Shown here: positions 56,497 through 64,000 of the stretch, one piece after another
How the letters are laid out: each line of letters starts with the position of its first letter
How positions within the stretch are numbered: position 1 is the first letter of the stretch
Assembly: GCA_951406725.2 (NCBI GenBank)
Contig: OX597831.1
Span: 79,360,001 to 79,424,000 of the forward strand
DNA length: 64,000 bases
Origin: Octopus vulgaris
Lineage: Eukaryota
Reading direction: 5' to 3'
The notes under the pieces: model-generated
Seen by the model: only the letters and a program-made list of their open reading frames with translations
Told to the model about the DNA's origin: nothing
The model's database searches: none
Made by a program: the position numbers and the translations under genes

Positions 56497-56978
56497 CACG
56501 CTTGCACACTCACAAACACGCAAACGCAATTGTATACAGGCACACACACACACACACACATACAAATGTTTTGAATACGATCTTGCGTGTATAAACGTAA
56601 GGAAGTATTTGGACGATATTTCTAAGATTATCGTTAATGAAATTATTTACGGACTGTTTACGTTAGTTTGACTCTGTATCGGTCTTACGGTCCTATATTG
56701 GGTTTGTGTGGTGTGTTTATTGCGTGTGTCTATGTCCTATGTGTGTGCGTTTGCGTGTGTATGTGTGTGTGTGCGTATATGTGTATGTGTGTGTACATGT
56801 CACCACTTGCATGTGCATGTGTGTATGTTTGTTGATGTCAAGTGTGTGTGTATTTATTGTGATAAATGTTTGTGTGCATATACATATACATATATAAATA
56901 TATATACAGATATATATATGTATATACACACATACATTTATCACAATATATATATATATATATATATAAATATATATA

Positions 56979-57038
<60 letters not shown>

Positions 57039-57114
57039 CGTGACAGTGTTTGGATGTGTGTAAATATATATCCCGTTCGTGTGTGTGTGTGTGTGTGTGT
57101 GTGTGAGTGAGTGA

Positions 57115-57171
<57 letters not shown>

Positions 57172-57360
57172 TGAGTGAGTGAGTGTGTGTGTGTGTGTGG
57201 TGTGTGTGTGTGTGTGTTTATAGTGTTATAAGTGATTCGATAACGGAAATATGATAACATTATAGTAACACTTCACAAGAGCGCTCACACATACATGTGG
57301 TTGTATGTATATAGATATCTGATCTGTGAACATGTTTCTGGTCGCTTATCAATCTATCTA

Positions 57361-57415
<55 letters not shown>

Positions 57416-57551
57416 GTGTAGGTAGAGAATGCGAGGGGCTTTGATAGATTGTACAAAATGAAGCGTGTTTTTGTCAAGTGTTTGTGTACAACATACATGC
57501 ATATATGAGAGTGTTGATATGTATATTACTTCATAAATCAAACATACATGC

Positions 57552-57680
<129 letters not shown>

Positions 57681-57851
57681 TGTAAACAGCAGGTCGCAAT
57701 ATTTCACCCAAAAGGAGAACTAAAATGGTCACAAAATGTAACTAGGGTGTTAAAAAGACACATCTGTCTATACACATATACACACATCCACATTCATAAA
57801 TATGTGTATATAAATTATGTATATAACACCCACACACACAAACGCACACAG

Positions 57852-57907
<56 letters not shown>

Positions 57908-58049
57908 ACATATATACTTATATACTCTCATATGCATATCTTCGCCGACATATCAATTCATTGATATATAAATATAATATAGATAGATATACATATATGT
58001 GTGTGTGTGCATGTGCGTGTGCGTTGGCACAAATGTTTGCGCGCGCGTG

Positions 58050-58094
<45 letters not shown>

Positions 58095-58683
58095 CATATA
58101 TATATATATATGTTTGTTTGTTGTCAGTGGTATGTATAGTCTTCTGAGTCATTTGTCAACTCTACCTTTGCATATAAACTATTTTAAAAGTTTACTCCCA
58201 AAAACTCTGAAAGAATCGTGTTTGGGCCTCGATTATAAAACACGCGCGCACACAGAAATGCACACGCGTACAGACATACATATGCACACATGCATACACA
58301 TATACTCATATTGAAATATAATCACACATACTCAAAAGCCTGCATTTTTTTCCTTTGCCTCCATGTGTATATGTGAATGATTTATGTATGTATGTATATA
58401 TCTCTATAAGTGCACGCATGAATGAATATATATGTATATATATATATATGCACGTGTATGTGTTTTTTTGTGTGTGAGTGTGTATGAGTGGTTGTGCATG
58501 TATGTGAATGCGTATGTTCACGTGAATCTGCCCATGATGTCTCTGTCTTCTTTGTGCGTGAGTGTTTAATAATGTATGTTTGTGTATGCCCGCATTTCAA
58601 ATCACGATGTTCATTAAGAAGGGGAACCGGTGTGTGTATGCGTGTTATGTATCTGTGAAGTGTGTGTGTGTGTGTGAGTGCTC

Positions 58684-58714
<31 letters not shown>

Positions 58715-58871
58715 ATTGAATGTGTGCATGTACGTACGCGTATGTGTCTTATGTTATATAAGTATGTCTACGCCCTTCAATATCTATGTCCCGTGTACCT
58801 GTATTGTCCTATGTCTTTGTACGTGTGTGTTCTACTCTTATGTGTGTGTGTGGTTGTGGATATATATAATA

Positions 58872-59033
58872 AGCGCAGGAGAGGCTGTGTGGTAACTAGC
58901 TTGTTTACTGACCACAAGGTTCTGGTTTCAGTCCCACTGCATGGCACCTTGGGAAAGAGTCTTCTACTATAGCCTCGGGCCGACCAAAGACTAGTGAGTG
59001 GATTTGGTAGACGGAAACGGGAAGAAGCCCGTC

Positions 59034-59101
<68 letters not shown>

Positions 59102-59320
59102 ATGTATATATATCTGTATGTATATGTATGTGTGTATTTGTCACACCACCATCGCTTGACAACTGATGTTGGTGTATTTACGTCCCCATAACTTAGAGGT
59201 TCGGCAAAAGTGACCGATAGGATAAGTACAAGGCTTACAAAGAATAAGTCCTGGGATCGATTTGATCGACTAATGGCTGTGTTCCAGCATGGCCGCACTT
59301 AAGTGACTGAAACAAGATAA
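58872..59320 (+). mobile_element. SINE family B, full length
   Basis: Head, CACCTTGGGAAAGAGTCTTCTACTATAGCC, internal microsatellite and tail are all present. Confidence 0.9.
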
Positions 59321-59665
59321 GCATGTGTGTATGTGTGTGGATGTTTTGAGTATGTGTGTGTAGATGTGTGGGGGAATATGTATGTGTGTCTGTATATGCA
59401 TATGTGGATGTGAGTATAGATTTGATATTATGTACACGTGTATGTGTGTGTGGTGGCTGTGTGTGTATGTGTGTGAATGCATATGAGTTAAGATCTATAC
59501 TCGTGTATGTAATTGTATATGTGTGTGTAACTATATTTGTGTATTCCGGGTGTGGTGTGCGTGTGCGTTTTAGTATGCGTGTGTATGTGTATACGAAGAT
59601 AGACTGTTTGATAATGTGAATATGTCATCATGCAATAAGTGCGTGAATGCATGTATATGCATATG

Positions 59666-59704
<39 letters not shown>

Positions 59705-60064
59705 GCATATACACACATTCACATATAAACTTTTTGATCTACATACATAAAAAACACTTGTATATAATACACGCATACTTAGTGTGTGTTTAAATATACA
59801 TACATACAAGTTGAAATATTGGCCAAGACACAATTGTAAACAAAAATATAAAGCGACAAATGTCCGTAATATTATACACACCGTAAACGCGACATTCTGT
59901 TTGTGTATATAATTCCATTTTTATCAACACGCAGTGATCCATTCTGGTACGTCATCCGATTAGTCTCCATAAACAAATCACATTGATAATATATATATAC
60001 GTGCATATATACATACATATATATACATATATGCTTACCAATTAAAATATATATGTATATGTAT

Positions 60065-60121
<57 letters not shown>

Positions 60122-60195
60122 CGTGTCTGTATGTGTGTGTGTCACCGTGTATAACTGTATATATTCGCTTCCGTTATAGAAAATTTATATGTGTG

Positions 60196-60230
<35 letters not shown>

Positions 60231-60240
60231 TTATATATGT

Positions 60241-60287
<47 letters not shown>

Positions 60288-60539
60288 CTTTATATATATA
60301 TGTATATCAGCACAATGTTTCGGTTATATCTATCTTATTCAACGTTGTTGGCCGTATAAAAATCCATCAGATAATTTTTTGTTCTCTTTTTTTTTATGCT
60401 TCGTTATTCGTCGTCTCTCACATCACGGGATTATTATTATTGTTATTGTTATCATCATTGATTTCAATATTGATAATAATAACAATAATAGTCTGTTGTT
60501 GTTATTGTTTACATCGTTGTTATTGTTGTTATTATTTTT

Positions 60540-60635
60540 TATATTATTATCGTAATTATTATCATCATTTTTATCCCGAGTCTTCATCGTTGTAGCGTCT
60601 GCAGTCCTTGCTGCTGCTGCTGCTGCTGTTGTTGC

Positions 60636-60671
<36 letters not shown>

Positions 60672-60673
60672 GT

Positions 60674-60726
<53 letters not shown>

Positions 60727-61034
60727 CACGTTTGCTTTGCGGCGTTATTATTCTCATCGTCGTCCGCGTCGGAAGCATTCCCGATGTTTTCTGCGAGACG
60801 TCGACGACGACGACGATGACGACGACAATAACGTTGCTGCTGCTGCTGCTGCTACTGCTGATAATGACGGTGATGATGACGATGATGATGATGATGATGA
60901 TGAAGATGATGATGATGATGAAGATGATGATAGTAACGATGACTGTTGATGATCAGCAGTGATGATAGTGGCGTTGATAACGAGTCCGTGGCGTGGCATT
61001 TGGTAAAGAGGTAAGCGGTAAATGGGATGTTTTG

Positions 61035-61080
<46 letters not shown>

Positions 61081-61128
61081 TATATATTATATATATATAT
61101 ATGTGTGTGTGTGTGCGGGAGTGTATGC

Positions 61129-61186
<58 letters not shown>

Positions 61187-61291
61187 CTGTATATGCGAAT
61201 ATAAATTACTGTTTTTTAACAAGATCCAATATAATAGATTTTGTTTGTTCTTCCATTTAAAAATAGTTTGTTTCTTTATTTGCCGTACCGC

Positions 61292-61322
<31 letters not shown>

Positions 61323-61612
61323 ATTACTGCCGCCGCCGCCGCCGCCGTCGTCACCCGGTTGTTGTTGTTGTTGTTGCTGTTTGTCTCCTACTTTCAAGCT
61401 ATCGTGTTTATAACCCACGCATCATCCTATCCATAATTGCTCGTTCGAACTGGCCGAAGAAGTAGGCAGGTGCTTGCATAATTATAATTTAGCATTTAAC
61501 ACCAGCGAATATATGTTTACACGCATCTTCCGCTCCTGTCGCAATCATATTACTTATATATATACACATATACACGTCTATATATTTATATATACATATA
61601 TATATATATATT

Positions 61613-61643
<31 letters not shown>

Positions 61644-62200
61644 ATGCGCGTGTCTATGTGTTTATATACAAACACGCCTATATTATATATTCTTCACGAG
61701 TATAGATTTAGATTTATATATGTATATATATATATGCCTGTGTGTGTATCGGTGTTTATACATGCATGTGATTTTATATATGTGTGTATATGCATGTGTG
61801 TATGTGTGTGTGTATATATATAGAGACGGATTTATACAAACCAGCCGGTCTGTAGCACGTATATCCATCCATCCTTCCTTCTCCTCGTCATCGTGAAAAT
61901 GATTGCATGCGAGGAATGGAGTGAGTGAGCGAGTGAGTGAAACAGTGAGAGAGAGAGAGCGAGAGAGAGAGTAGGAGACACAAAGAGCGGCAGAGGAAAG
62001 AATATGAGCAGTGCAAGAGGTGAAGTAAGAGGTAAGGAAGAGAGAAGCAGGGTGATAGTGGGAGGGGTTCACACACGAGCTTCTGCGAGTGAATGAATGT
62101 GAGGCTTGAGTGCGTGGTGCGTGTTTGTGACGAGAGCAAGTGTTTGTGTCCGCCAACCTACCATTCTGTACGGAGTGTTTTTATCCCGTCTTCTTGTTAT
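60540..62200. other. CpG- and trinucleotide-rich region resembling a transcript 5' end / UTR
   Basis: (CAG/CAA)n, (GAC/GAT)n and (GCC)n tracts interleaved with unique CpG-rich sequence, as in the 31-32 kb exon, but with no long credible ORF. Confidence 0.3.
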
Positions 62201-62327
62201 ACTATATCGTACTGTATGGCGATTTTATTGTATTACGTTATGTTATATACATATGTGTGTGTGTGTGTTATGTTATAACTATACAATATTTTTATTATAC
62301 ACATACCTATATATGTGCATAGACGCA

Positions 62328-62434
<107 letters not shown>

Positions 62435-62543
62435 GTACGTATATATATATATACATATACTTGTATGTATGCATGCATGTATATATGTATATGTATCTGT
62501 GTATCTATTTATTTCTCTCTCTATATATATATATATGCATATA

Positions 62544-62576
<33 letters not shown>

Positions 62577-62707
62577 CAGATAGATAGATAGATAGAGAGA
62601 GAGAGATATAGATGTATACAGTACATTCTCTCACTCTCTCTATATATATGTGCGTGTGTGTATGTAACTATCAATCTATCTATCAATCTATCTATCTATC
62701 TATCTAT

Positions 62708-62767
<60 letters not shown>

Positions 62768-62814
62768 GAATATAAATACATACATATATATTTATATATA
62801 GATATACATAACAT

Positions 62815-62853
<39 letters not shown>

Positions 62854-63328
62854 AATATATATAAACACACGTACATACGTTTGTGCGTATGTGGGTGTGT
62901 ATGTATACATACTTTGCTTTATGTTCTCCTCCTCCCCTGTTTCAGTCATTGGACTGCAATATACGTATTATTTTGCTCTTTAAAATTTTTTTTTATCTTT
63001 AATTCTGTTAATGATTTCAGTTAACCGTCAGTGGCCATGCTGGGGTATCGCTTTCACGAGACCATTTTCCCGCTGGCTGTCATGATGCCGAACCACAAAC
63101 GTACGGGACCGCTAACAAACCAACACCGGTGAAAGGCATGTTTGTGTGTGTTTATATATGTGTGTGTGAGTGTGTATATATACATATGTGTGTGTGTATA
63201 AGTATATGTACATATATATGTATGCATGTATGTATGTGTATATATATATATGTGTGTGCGAGTATATATGAGTGTGTTTATATGTGCGTGTGCATATATG
63301 TGTGTGTGTGTTTATATATATATATATA

Positions 63329-63359
<31 letters not shown>

Positions 63360-63431
63360 ATATATATATATATACATACATATATATACATATATATATA
63401 TATGTATATATATGTATATATATATATGTAT

Positions 63432-63467
<36 letters not shown>

Positions 63468-63616
63468 GTATGTATATACGCATGTGTGAGCGTGTGTGTG
63501 GTGTTATATCCGAAATAGAAAACGGCACGGTCAAGTTATGCGAACGGTTCACACTTACGCGTATGAGTAAAAGTTTGAGTGAATGATAAGGGAAACGAGA
63601 GAGAAAGTGAATGAGT

Positions 63617-63648
<32 letters not shown>

Positions 63649-63957
63649 GAGAAGTTTGGGGGAGTGAGTGAGTGTAGGAATGAGAGGGTGAAAGAGTTAA
63701 AGAGCTAAGCTGTCAGTCAGTCAGGCAACTAAGTTGAACCAACCATATTTACTGGCAAAGCCAGACCAAGTAGCTAACTAGACTGATAAGAGATGGGAGG
63801 AGAGATACATAGAAGTAGAGAGAGAGAAAGAGGGAGAGAGGCGAGAAAGTAAGAGAGAAAGAGAAAGGGAGAGAGGGGGAGACATACAATCAAAACGAGT
63901 GTGGGTAAAAAAAGAGAGCGGAATAGAGATTGAAAAACCACACACACACACACAGGG

Positions 63958-64000
<43 letters not shown>

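Overview
This is AT-rich eukaryotic DNA saturated with microsatellites ((TA)n, (CA)n, (CATA)n, (GATA)n, (ATT)n) and SINEs. The repeat families look like those of a coleoid cephalopod (Octopus-type); that is an inference, not a search result. Almost all ORFs in the supplied track are microsatellite artefacts. There is one convincing coding exon (minus strand, 32454-30882). It encodes the N-terminus of an NK-class homeobox repressor, with a WHPHIY-x-KPP-x-PTPHSIRNILG eh1 block (best guess NK7) followed by His/Gly/Asn/Ser homopolymers. No homeobox was found in the window. The remainder is mobile-element debris: mellifera-type mariner, other Tc1/mariner (including a maT-like fragment), hAT (Charlie/Buster-like), a decayed Tx1-type LINE, an R4/Dong 3' end, at least three tRNA-head SINE families, and U2 and 5S pseudogenes. 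Two observations stand out. First, there are at least five sequence-unrelated families of minimal hammerhead-ribozyme motifs, all with a self-complementary helix III that implies obligate dimers (Penelope/retrozyme-like). Second, a U2 snRNA is fused to a LINE/SINE 3' tail, nested in a hAT element, which itself sits in a 28-bp minisatellite.
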